The position numbers and the translations under genes were made by a program. Below the pieces are notes generated by a model. It was not told the origin of the DNA. It was given only the letters and a program-made list of their open reading frames with translations, and did no database searches. A stretch of 61,987 bases of DNA, filler included, from Stramenopiles sp. TOSAG23-2 (lineage: Eukaryota), in NCBI GenBank assembly GCA_900128395.1. It is 22 parts of 22 records of this genome, joined end to end, with 100 filler letters (N's around TTAATTAATTAA, not from the genome) between each part and the next. Parts side by side here need not be neighbours in the genome. Positions count along the whole stretch, not along the records: positions 11,348 to 14,076 come from LT651557.1; positions 14,177 to 16,904 come from LT651558.1; positions 17,005 to 19,732 come from LT651559.1; positions 19,833 to 22,559 come from LT651560.1; 18 more parts are not named here. One strand, 5' to 3'. Within the stretch, counting starts at the first letter, position 1. Each line of letters begins with the position of its first letter. Shown here in pieces: positions 11,824 to 22,659 of the stretch.

Positions 11824-12876
11824 ATGGCATCATTAACCACGAATCAACCACCTACAAAACGACAACGTACAACAAATGAATCGACCTTGGAAGCGTTACA
11901 ACAAGAACGGGCACCACCACCAATTGAAATTGGTATATTGCTTTTACCAGCTGGATTTGAGTCTGCTTGCGGTATAATGACAAAAATATTTCTATATTTA
12001 GATATTCGATCATTATGTAATGTGAAACGATCTTCTTTAATACAACAATGTAGAAAAGCATTTGGATGTGATGATTTTGAACGTGTACGTGATGAAGCAT
12101 TGAGTCTTGATTATAAAGGTAGAAGAAGTATAGATGAGATGATACTTTCACATTCAGCGAGACGACTTTATTTATTTATTGAAAGATATAAAAGAGAGTT
12201 TCCACGTGGTACNNNNNNNNNNNNNNNNNNNNNNNNNNNNNNNNNNNNNNNNNNNNNNNNNNNNNNNNNNNNNNNNNNNNNNNNNNNNNNNNNNNNNNNN
12301 NNNNNNNNNNNNNNNNNNNNNNNNNNNNNNNATGCAATACCAACACCTAACGTATGTGCATGTGAACGCGGACGTATGGATGATGTAGAATTATTTATGA
12401 ATCTTCATACTTATCACAAGTATATTACTAATTGTGATGTGAATGGCTACAGAGATGATATGACATTGAAAGATATGGTGAGTCAAGTCGGTAAAGCTAG
12501 TGATGGTTATGAATGTACACCTTTAATAGCAGCTGCAAGGAACGAACATTTCCACGTAGTTAAATATTTAATTGAACAAGGTGAAGCTGATCCTAATATT
12601 GCAAATAGTGATGGATGGAATGCATTACATTATGCAGCATGTCATAACAGAACGAATACTGAGTTGATTGAATTGTTATTAACTCATATGACTCTTAATA
12701 GCATTAATAAGAAGACCAGGCTGGGATCCACTCCCCTGGACTGGGCATATCAATGTAATCATAGTCCAATTCGCCAAGAGATGATTGCACTTTTACGTTT
12801 AAAAGGTGGAAAAGCAAATCGTCATGATGAAAATGGTAGAAGAGTAGGAGAAGGTAATGGTGATTTAAATCATTAA
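11824..12876 (+). CDS. F-box-like + ankyrin-repeat protein, type A, copy 1 (internal N gap 12213-12331)
   Basis: IMTKIFLYLDIRSLCNV resembles an F-box; ankyrin motifs TPLIAAA, NALHYAA, TPLDWA. Confidence 0.8.
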   Translation: MASLTTNQPPTKRQRTTNESTLEALQQERAPPPIEIGILLLPAGFESACGIMTKIFLYLDIRSLCNVKRSSLIQQCRKAFGCDDFERVRDEALSLDYKGRRSIDEMILSHSARRLYLFIERYKREFPRGXXXXXXXXXXXXXXXXXXXXXXXXXXXXXXXXXXXXXXXXXAIPTPNVCACERGRMDDVELFMNLHTYHKYITNCDVNGYRDDMTLKDMVSQVGKASDGYECTPLIAAARNEHFHVVKYLIEQGEADPNIANSDGWNALHYAACHNRTNTELIELLLTHMTLNSINKKTRLGSTPLDWAYQCNHSPIRQEMIALLRLKGGKANRHDENGRRVGEGNGDLNH

Positions 12877-13211
12877 AACATGTTCTACCGACTGTTATAT
12901 ATAGGATGTTTATACGATATGTAATATTGAAATATATATCTATAAGCACAAAGTGTTGAGAGCATCTTTTTACTTTTTGTGAACTGGGAATCTCTCTTTA
13001 AAAGTATTAATAAAACTAATAATATATTTTCTATTTTTTATTTAATGTTGAATTGCGTGTCAATCATCAATATTTCAGGTTGTGTTTTCATTCATTCATT
13101 ATTTATTTGAATGAACTAAGATTTATGAATAAATAAGAAAGGACGAAGAGATAGAAAATATATATACAATATATATATATATATACAAAATATATATATA
13201 TATATACAACC

Positions 13212-14076
13212 ATGGCATCTTTAACCACTAACCAACCACCTACAAAACGACAACGTACCACAAATGAATCCACGTTGGAAGCGTTACAACAAGAACGGGC
13301 ACCACCACCAATTGAAATTGGTATATTGCTTTTACCAGCTGGATTTGAGTCTGCTTGCGGTATAATGACAAAAATATTTCTATATTTAGATATTCGATCA
13401 TTATGTAATGTGAAACGATCTTCTTTAATACAACAATGTAGAAAAGCATTTGGATGTGATGATTTTGAGCGTGTACGTGATGAAGCATTGAGTATTGATT
13501 ATAAAGGTAGAAGAAGTATAGATGAGATAAGACTTTCACATCCAGCGAGAAGACTTTATTTATTAATTGAAAGATATAAAAGAGAATTTTAGTAAAAATT
13601 CAATTTTATATATAAATATATATTTAAATGATGATATATTCTAATTTAATATTTATCGAGAAGACTTTATTTATTAATTGAAAGATATAAAAGAGAGTTT
13701 CCACGTGGTACACCTATCGTATGTGCATGTGAACATGGACGTATGGATGATGTAGAATTATTTATGAATCTTCATCCTTTTCACAAGTATATTACTAATC
13801 GTGATGTGAATGGCTACAGAGATGATATGACATTGAAAGATATGGTGAGTCAAGTCGGTAGAGATAGTGGTGGTTATGAATGTACACCTTTAATGGCAGC
13901 TGCAGAGAACGAAGATTTCCAACTAGTTCAATATTTATTTGAACAAGGTGAAGCTGATCCTAATATTGCAAATAGTGGTGGATATAATGCATTACATATA
14001 GCAACACGTATTAACAGTACAAATACTGAGTTGATTGAATTGTTATTAGCTCATATGACTCTTGATAGCATTAATA
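13212..14076 (+). pseudogene. F-box-like + ankyrin-repeat protein, type A, copy 2; interrupted by a local duplication/insertion with stop at 13590-13592, 3' truncated by scaffold end
   Basis: Near-identical to 11824..12876; cgagaagactttatttattaattgaaagatataaaagaga occurs at ~13546 and ~13658. Confidence 0.75.
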
Positions 14077-14776
14077 NNNNNNNNNNNNNNNNNNNNNNNN
14101 NNNNNNNNNNNNNNNNNNNNTTAATTAATTAANNNNNNNNNNNNNNNNNNNNNNNNNNNNNNNNNNNNNNNNNNNNTTGTTGCAAATGTTTCTTTGTTGC
14201 TAATTTGTAGGATGAAATGATTTGTTTCTATGTTCATATATATTAATGAATCAGTAGTTTTACATATATGTATTTATATGATGTGTGGTGTTATGTTCGA
14301 TCTTCACCACAGCAGGTATACAGTACAGTAGCTAAAGATAGCTTCAATAATTAGTCCGGGTGTGATATAGCAGGTGCAGTAGTACCAGGTAGTCGTCTAT
14401 TAAACACTGGCCCACTAATATACTGCTGTACTAATATTGTTGGGTCTATCATCATCAATTTTTTAATTCTTTTTTGGTTTTTGCTACTACCTTTGCTAAT
14501 ACTGTCCTCTGTAGCATAGCTCTAGCCCAGCTGGGCCAGCTAGGTCGAAACGATACTTGTGGCCATGCTATAATGCTACTATTCGGAGCGTAATTTATAT
14601 ACAACATCAATGATGATTATTACTTTTTGTATGGCTATTATATGAATAAATATTATACAATGTACACATTGCATTTGAATAAGTGATGTGTGTGTATATA
14701 TATACAGTCGTCTGTAAAATAAAATGGAAAATATATTTAATCATAAAAATCACACGAGCATTCGTAATCAAAGAAA

Positions 14777-15482
14777 ATGGAAATACAACCGAAGGTGAAT
14801 GATACGAAGAAAAAAGAAAAAAAGCGCAATTCATTAATTGATGATGAAAAATCCAATTGGAATCCGCTAGTTTTTCCTAATTATAAAGCAGATGTGGTAT
14901 ATAATAATAATAACAACAACAACAACAACAATACAATACATGTGAATCAAGAGGATCAGGGTGTAAATGTTTTCAGCAATGACACTGTAAGTTTTGATAC
15001 TGGTAGAAAACGAGGCAAAGCGAAAACAAAAGGAAAAATACAAGAAAATGCAAATAATCGTGGTCGATCATCGTCCGCAAACATACGTCGCCTTGGCTCA
15101 GTCATTGGTGAACAAGCTACAGGAAATATTAAATTTAATAATTTTTCGATTCAAATTAGAATCTATATGGAATTATTGTTCGACAAGATCGGTTATTTCA
15201 TTGCTAAATTTAAAATGCTACAGATAGTTTTATTATTATCTATAATAACTGTATGCGTTTATTATACGACGCAGTTAAGAAAAGGGAAAATAGAGACATC
15301 TATACCAAAATTATGGATTGAAAGTGGCGGGAGTTGTTGTTAAATATTTTTTCTTACCATTTTTTTTGGTTGTGATCATTGGGTTGTTAAACGGTTTGGT
15401 CTTTTTGCCAGTTTTATTATCATTAATTGGTCCAAGCGCGTTAGGATGTTGTCGTATTGAGAAAGATCAATCAAATGAGTAG
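14777..15482 (+). pseudogene. Patched-family (RND/SSD) gene reduced to N-terminus/TM1 joined out of frame to the last TM helix
   Basis: ELLFDKIGYFI...KIETSIPKLWIESGG is followed in the +1 frame from 15333 by VVVKYFFLPFFLVVIIGLLNGLVFLPVLLSLIGP...NE*; these match the post-TM1 and TM12 signatures of Patched. Confidence 0.75.
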
Positions 15483-15651
15483 GAGGAGACCTAGAGATTA
15501 ATTGGAATTATTGTACATTCGAACTTAAAGCTTTAGTTACTAAGTTTGCATTTGGTTCCTAGTCAGGTTGGCGTCAGACGACTATGTAGTATACTGGCAA
15601 TTTCAAAAGGTAAAAAACCTTATATCCTATTACCTGTAAATTATAGTTCTA

Positions 15652-15906
15652 TTGACCTGCTGTAAAATGTAAAATAAGACTAGACTCTAGCTATAATATT
15701 ATACTCAAGGAAAAGCAATATCTAAAACCTGGCGGCTTAGGCTAAGTTAAAATTCCAGATTCGTGTGCATTGCTGGATTTGACCTGCTGTAAAATGTAAA
15801 ATAAGACTAGACTCTAGCTATAATATTATACTCAAGGAAAAGCAATATCTAAAACCTGGCGGCTTAGGCTAAGTTAAAATTCCAGATTCGTGTGCATTGC
15901 TGGATT
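15652..15906. repeat. Exact tandem duplication, period 127 nt
   Basis: gacctgctgtaaaatg... starts at 15654 and 15781; both copies end tgcattgctggatt. Confidence 0.95.
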
Positions 15907-16138
15907 GCCATTCGCACATTCGCACATTCCGCTACGATTTTTTGCAGCTTGGCAAGTAGCCAAGTTCACGATCGTATACATAAATCCATGTTTGTTGATG
16001 ATGATAATAATAGAGGTGGAAAATTAAAAATGGAAGATTTTGGGTATAGAACTACATTTAATTAAAAAATGTATATATACATATATATGACGTATAACGT
16101 ATATTATATGTATTTTGACATATTATATTATATTGATT

Positions 16139-16798
16139 TTATATTGTCGAGTGAAGTGAAGATGGTACATTTCCTTTACTTGGACTTCGTCTTCTTCTAT
16201 TTGGAGATGGTGATCCCTTTTTTCTTCTAGTTTTTGATGGAGAATCAGTTATGTTATTATGTTTTTTGCCATTATTATTTTTATTAGCAGCTGCATTGCT
16301 TAAAATTTCAGAATCACGACGTTTATAATTTTCTTCTTCATGTTTCCTATCCAATTCGTATCTTGCTATACGCAATAATTCGATAAAAACATCAAAATCA
16401 GCAGTTGCCATCAGTATTTTAATAAATACAGCACACTCGCCATTTTCATGATTTAACATAAATCGTCTTGCTGCTTGCGTAAATTGTTCTTGTTTAATAG
16501 TTTCTGAAGCTAAATATTCATTGACTTTATCTTCTATTAGTTTTTTGAATTTATCATGTAGACTAGTATGTTGTAATATGTATTCTTCATCATGAGGATC
16601 ATAATCATACGCATGTTTTTCTGCAAACTTATTAATCGTTTTAGTCAGATCTTGTGATTTAGTAAACCATGTTTTTAAATTTTGTATGATCTGAAGCTCA
16701 TGATCCGAGGATACTGCTTTCGTTCGTTTCGATATCGAATTTTGTTGTAATTTTTTTCCAGGCATTTTTTTGTTACAATACCATATACTCGATTTCAC
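16139..16798 (-). CDS. BART/ARL2-binding domain protein (CFAP36/ARL2BP-like)
   Basis: FAEKHAYDYDP..EEY.LQHTSLHDKFKKLIEDKVNEYL and ILMATADFDVFIELLR; start codon uncertain. Confidence 0.75.
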   Translation of the reverse strand: MKSSIWYCNKKMPGKKLQQNSISKRTKAVSSDHELQIIQNLKTWFTKSQDLTKTINKFAEKHAYDYDPHDEEYILQHTSLHDKFKKLIEDKVNEYLASETIKQEQFTQAARRFMLNHENGECAVFIKILMATADFDVFIELLRIARYELDRKHEEENYKRRDSEILSNAAANKNNNGKKHNNITDSPSKTRRKKGSPSPNRRRRSPSKGNVPSSLHSTI

Positions 16799-17388
16799 CT
16801 ATTTATATATATCACAATTTATACTCTAGCAGATGAAGTTTTCACATCTAGTGTAATCAGATAAGGACCAACGCCATTGGTACGATAATACAGGAGCTCG
16901 ATGANNNNNNNNNNNNNNNNNNNNNNNNNNNNNNNNNNNNNNNNNNNNTTAATTAATTAANNNNNNNNNNNNNNNNNNNNNNNNNNNNNNNNNNNNNNNN
17001 NNNNAATATAATAGAGAAAACCAATGAAGGTAAATAGATGGTATCAACTACTCGTAGCAGTTGTGAAATATATTTAAAAATGTAAAACCATAAATTGATG
17101 GTTAAAATCTAAAGTTTTATACTAAAATATATAATATTTTAATATAATAATTTTACTTCCCGTGCTAAGTAATATGCTCATATTATATATATAATATATT
17201 ATATATATTATAGCTGTCCAATACATCATTATATCTAAAATTTTACGAAGTAATTATTTCGTAGTTCTTTACTGTCATCCTCCCGGAAACAATATATCTT
17301 TCATTTATAAAATTGTTTTTTATGATATACATTTGTTTTTCATTTTCATCGTTATGATATTTATTTTTTTTGTATAATATTCTCTATT

Positions 17389-18352
17389 TTACAATGATGA
17401 TTTTCCTCCACCATGCATCTTATTAATACTTTGATGTACTTGATCTAAATTTAACCTTTTTTTAGTTTCATTTTCAATTTCAAACCATTGTTCACCATGT
17501 TCGTTCTCATGTCTCTCCATAATATTTAAACTACCATTTGTAGGATTATATGTTTCTTCAAAATCGTCTACACTATATTGAAACCATCTCATTAAAAACA
17601 ATCTAATTGCAAGACCATGTGTGACAATAACAATATTCATATTTTGAAGATCAACTTTACTATTTCTCATTTGTGCTGAATCACGAAACAATGTAGAAAT
17701 AAACGAAGTTGTCCCTGTGGAGAAAAAGGCATGAAAGAATGATGCGTTAGTGAGGATATTTATACATATATCTATATAAAAGTTTAACGAAAATTGAATT
17801 TTACTTACTGGAATATACATCTAAACCGCTTTCTCCATTTGGAAATCGAAAAAAGAATCTTCCAAACTTCTATGCTTTTCGAACCTCATCGACATTTTGG
17901 AAATTACCAAATTGTTGCTCTGCTATTCTTGGTTCTTCACGAACCCCCCAAATTTGATTTTTGGAAAAATGACTTTGTATTTGTTCCAAGGTTTCTATCG
18001 TCCTTTTGTATGGGCTGACGTAGAAAAAAATTGACTCGTCATCCTTCAATAACTCTCGTAGTTTTTTCCCAGCATATTGTGCTTGATCCTTTCCCTTTTG
18101 CGTAAGCCGAATTTGCCAATCTGCCGTATTTACATATGCACTCTCATCTACATTTCCCTCGCTCTCCCCATGCCTTATCAAGATGATTCTTTTGGCTCTA
18201 TGTATATGTCTTCGAAATGTATGGGTGTTTTTCTGCTTTATTTTAATATTGAAATCACTTATATTCTGATTATTACTAACAATATGTCTATTCAAGATAA
18301 TACCATTATTTTTACGCATCGTCAAAGTAAAAGAAACAATTTTGCGTGCCAT
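17389..18352 (-). pseudogene. Histidine phosphatase / phosphoglycerate-mutase-like protein (Det1-like), one intron (17715-17808), in-frame TAG at 17870-17872
   Basis: IILIRHGESEGN, FYVSPYKRT, EEPRIAEQQFGNFQ, KFGRFFFRFPNGESGLDVYS|R, IVTHGLAIRLFLMRWF; GTAAGT...CTAAC...CACAG intron restores the frame. Confidence 0.8.
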
Positions 18353-19179
18353 ACTTTATTTAGCACCTTTACTCGTTCGTTTTTATTCTTTTTTTCTCTG
18401 GGATTTTCTGTAGAATTTGCTCCCAGTGCCTAATTCTACTAATAGATTAATATATTTCATTTTTAAGATCCACGGCGTATAATAATATACCAGGTAAAAA
18501 ATAATATGGAAAGAAGAAGTGGAAACCATCAGCAGGAAGAAAGCTGGAAAGCTGGAAAGCCAAAAACGTAAAATAATGTACCAATTGTATAATAAATCCT
18601 AAAATATAAATAGGGTATTATTTAAGAAGTACAATATTTAGTATTCTAATCTATACATTTATACCACTTTAACAATTATATTTCTACAGTACTTTTCAGT
18701 TTATAATGAAAAACATGTGTTTTGTCAGAGAGAGTTCTCTCTGGTTTTGTTGTTGAAAATGGTAAGATAGAAATGAATTAAAGTGTCAATACTAGAGNNN
18801 NNNNNNNNNNNNNNNNNNNNNNNNNNNNNNNNNNNNNNNNNNNNNNNNNNNNNNNNNNNNNNNNNNNNNNNNNNNNNNNNNNNNNNNNNNNNNNNNNNNN
18901 NNNNNNNNNNNNNNNNNCTGACGACGTAGACTAGCTCAATACTCTATCCCAGAAATAATAGTCAATCCTACTTCGTACTATATATAGTACGTAAAGCTCT
19001 AATGCATGTTTATTAATTTCTGTTAAATGAAAAAAAAGATATGTACTCTTCCTGTTCGCATTATCATGTTAAACTACACATATACACGCACAAAATTTTT
19101 TGATCAACAGAAAGTGAAACGGCAGATAAAACCAATCAAGATTATAAAAATTACAATATATTTCAAAAAAAACAAAAGG

Positions 19180-19732
19180 TCAAGAGGTACTTGATAAGGA
19201 TTGGATATACTTAATTTTTGCCACAATTTCCGCTGCGTCTTCTGGCTCTTCCGTCTCATATGTCAGTGATGTATTGCCTTCTTTATATGTAATAGAAAAT
19301 ACACAAGGAGAATTTCCATCTATTTCAACATTTGCAACATCAGAAATATTTCTTTCCCTTCGTTTAACATCTCTTGATGGTCGATTTTCCGAACGATTAC
19401 TATCAGCTTTTTTATTTGTAATTTTTGTCAATGATAATCCTAACCAACGGCGTTGTTTCATTCCCCATTTATTAGTTTTCATTACTTGCCATTCTTTGTA
19501 TTCAGCAGCTGTTAAAGGATTAAAAATAAACGTTTTCTTTGTTTGTTGCTGTGATCCATCTGAGGAGGAACGCCTCGAAGATGTGCCACGGCGCTGAAGG
19601 GAGTGCGGTTTACTGAGAGATTTGCGATTGGAAAATCGATCATCTTCTAATTCATCATTTCCCATATCTGCAAATCGTTTTTTTTGAAGCCTGATAGTTC
19701 TGATACTACCTAATGCTTGTAGCTTACAAGAC
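19180..19732 (-). CDS. C-terminal PH-like domain protein (SIN1/Avo1-PH-like), 5' partial
   Basis: YKEWQVMKTNKWGMKQRRWLGL...YETEEPEDAAEIVAKIKYI. Confidence 0.55.
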
Positions 19733-19832
19733 NNNNNNNNNNNNNNNNNNNNNNNNNNNNNNNNNNNNNNNNNNNNTTAATTAATTAANNNNNNNNNNNN
19801 NNNNNNNNNNNNNNNNNNNNNNNNNNNNNNNN

Positions 19833-20258
19833 TTAAGTTTAGGTGCATCTGGTGTATGGGTTGGTACAAGATTTGTGTGCGCAGAGGAAGCTGGTGCACC
19901 ACCTTTGCATCAAAAAACTGTAATGAATACCACATCAGAAGGTACAGCACGTACCATCATTTTCAGTGGTCGTCCATTACGTGGAGGAATGACTGATTAT
20001 GTCAGGGATTGGGAAGATAACCGACAAGAAGAAATCAAAGACTTGACAACTAAAGGAATTTTACCAGCATTTCATGATCAGCAAAAAGCAGAGAAAGAAG
20101 GCAATCCTTTGCCATTAACGACTACAAGATACTGGTTAATGGGACAAGGTGCTGGTGCAGTGAATGATGTTAAACCAGCAAAAGAAATCATTAATGAAAT
20201 GATTGATGGTGCAATTAATATCATGCGTCATAATGTTAGTATCGTATCAAGAATTTAA
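19833..20258 (+). CDS. Nitronate monooxygenase / 2-nitropropane dioxygenase family, C-terminal part
   Basis: LGASGVWVGTRFV, FSGRPLR, LMGQGAGAVNDVKPAKEII. Confidence 0.88.
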   Translation, partial: LSLGASGVWVGTRFVCAEEAGAPPLHQKTVMNTTSEGTARTIIFSGRPLRGGMTDYVRDWEDNRQEEIKDLTTKGILPAFHDQQKAEKEGNPLPLTTTRYWLMGQGAGAVNDVKPAKEIINEMIDGAINIMRHNVSIVSRI

Positions 20259-21346
20259 AAAAGAAAAGTGTGTGTAAAAGTGGTTATACACGAGAGGAAT
20301 TTAATTTCTTTTTTTTTTTTAAATAAATAATTGTGGTGTATATTTCTATGCAAAGAAATTATATGTATTAAAAGAGTACATGAGAGAGCGAAGGAGGAAA
20401 AGGTAAAACTAGTGTTCGATTTACGATGCGTACAAGTATCATCATTATTATAATGGAATGAACTCTCACATTTTTAAAAATTAGTAGTGTTACAAAGCAC
20501 AATTCATGAGACACAGAGAGAGTACACATGTACGTATATTTTATATATAAAAAATTCTCTTATTTATAATTTAAAGATTTTATTTACTCATATTGTATAT
20601 ATATATGTATGGAATTACCAGAAAAAAATATATATATCATATCAGAAAATTTTAAATGGGGCACAGATTTTTACAAAAAATACAAAAACGTATATATTTG
20701 TGTGTGTCATTGTGCGCTGTGAATAATCTAACAATCTAAAATATTAATATAGTACGGGGGTAGACTCTATATATTAACATTATTATTTTTCAAGTGGAGC
20801 AATGTATCTTTTCTCGCTTCAAATATATAAGTACACCTACAATCTATACAATATGTGAGTTTATTTTTTTTCGGCCTCTATCGATATACTCTGGGGGTAC
20901 TCCAGTACTCAAATTCTCAAAAATGCCCGTAATAAATTTTTCAAATTTAAAAAAATTATGATAGTGAACATTAAAATTACTACAGTACACTAAACTATAT
21001 ACTTTGCATGGTTTGTACGTTATGCCTTATGCCTTACCAGGCTTACCACCGGTGGTATGCCTTTCAATTTATTACTCAGGTAAAGTATTATTATTGCACA
21101 CCTGGCACACACTGGCACACCAGCACACAAATCAGTGCTAAAATCTTACATATATGTGATATACTGTATTAAGCTGAGAGACAAGTATGTATACATATGC
21201 AATTGTTAGAAAATATATATGATCCAAATCATATTGTACTTGTAAACATTTGCTAATCTTTTTTAATTAAGATTTAATTGTTCGCAGCAGCAAGTGAATA
21301 TACCGTAATTGATATATACATATATTAATTAATTTTTACTTCAAAC

Positions 21347-22559
21347 ATGTTGAGTTCAAGTAAAGAGAAATTTACACAACATGAACTTCGTAAAGATACA
21401 AAGAACTTTCATATGATGACATGGCAAAAAAGTGTTAACTCTGAGACGTTCCATGTACGAGCTGGAATGTATTTGGATGCTAGGGAAGATAAGCATGAAG
21501 TGAATGCTGTACGTAAAATAAAGCGCACTCTTTCACGGCGGGGAACTCACATGATAAATAAATCAGCAAATTGTGGAACAAATTGTTTAAAATGTCTGTG
21601 TACGAAAGGTAAATATAAAGTGCTACCAGAAAATAATGAAACTACTTTATTCCCTTTCCTAAAGAAATCAAACGAAGATACCCCAACTTTAAAACTAAAA
21701 CCCACAGGGAGCACATTTAACACGTGTTATATAACATCGGTTGGTTATAACAAGAAAGAATATATGTTAAATGTCGTTAAACCTGACGACGAAACTATAA
21801 AAGATAGGTATAAGTTTTTTTTGATAGATGATAATAAAAATAACAACAATCGCGAATCACAGACGTTTGAAGATAAATTTGATGAAAAATTTGAAGCGTT
21901 TAAAAAAAGTTTGAATGCCAGGAATGGGGACAAACGTCAAAATATGGCATGTAAAGAAATTTTTTTAAGCTTTGTTACGGATAAAAAAATTATGTATTTT
22001 GGTCGCGCATATAAGCAAGCAATTAGATCGCTTTACGAGGAATGTATTGAAAAATTTTGTGAACAAGTAGAAGGTGAGAATAGTAAAATCGATAAATGCA
22101 CGAAAATCGAAAAATGCAAGAGTAGGATCAAATGTTGGATCAAGTATGCACCAACTTTAAAATTTCAAGCCCTAAAGGATAGTAAGGACAATAATACAGA
22201 GCCATCACAATGGAAAGTCTGTATTGAAAACGGAAAACATTCACGTGCCGTATTTCAATATCACAACCCACCAAATAGTAATGTTAATAGTAAGAATGGA
22301 AAAAATGCCAAGGCAGAGAAAGTGCAAACAGGAACAGAAGAAGAGAAGAAAGAGCTAACTGAGATAGAAAAAGAAATGGAAATCCTAAAAGAAATAGAAA
22401 AAGAAATGGAAATCCTAGAAAATGAAAGTTTCGATGGTCATTATCTATTTGCACGAATTCCGTTGACGGAAAATTTACTGAAAGGTGGAGATCCACTGAA
22501 AGGTTTACCCCCATTATATTTAAATCCAGGGTCTTTACGTAATGAGCATACTACCACAA
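21347..22559 (+). CDS. Hypothetical protein, 3' truncated
   Basis: Over 400 open codons in AT-rich DNA; short internal repeat EIEKEMEIL x2; no family recognised. Confidence 0.55.
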
Positions 22560-22659
22560 NNNNNNNNNNNNNNNNNNNNNNNNNNNNNNNNNNNNNNNNN
22601 NNNTTAATTAATTAANNNNNNNNNNNNNNNNNNNNNNNNNNNNNNNNNNNNNNNNNNNN

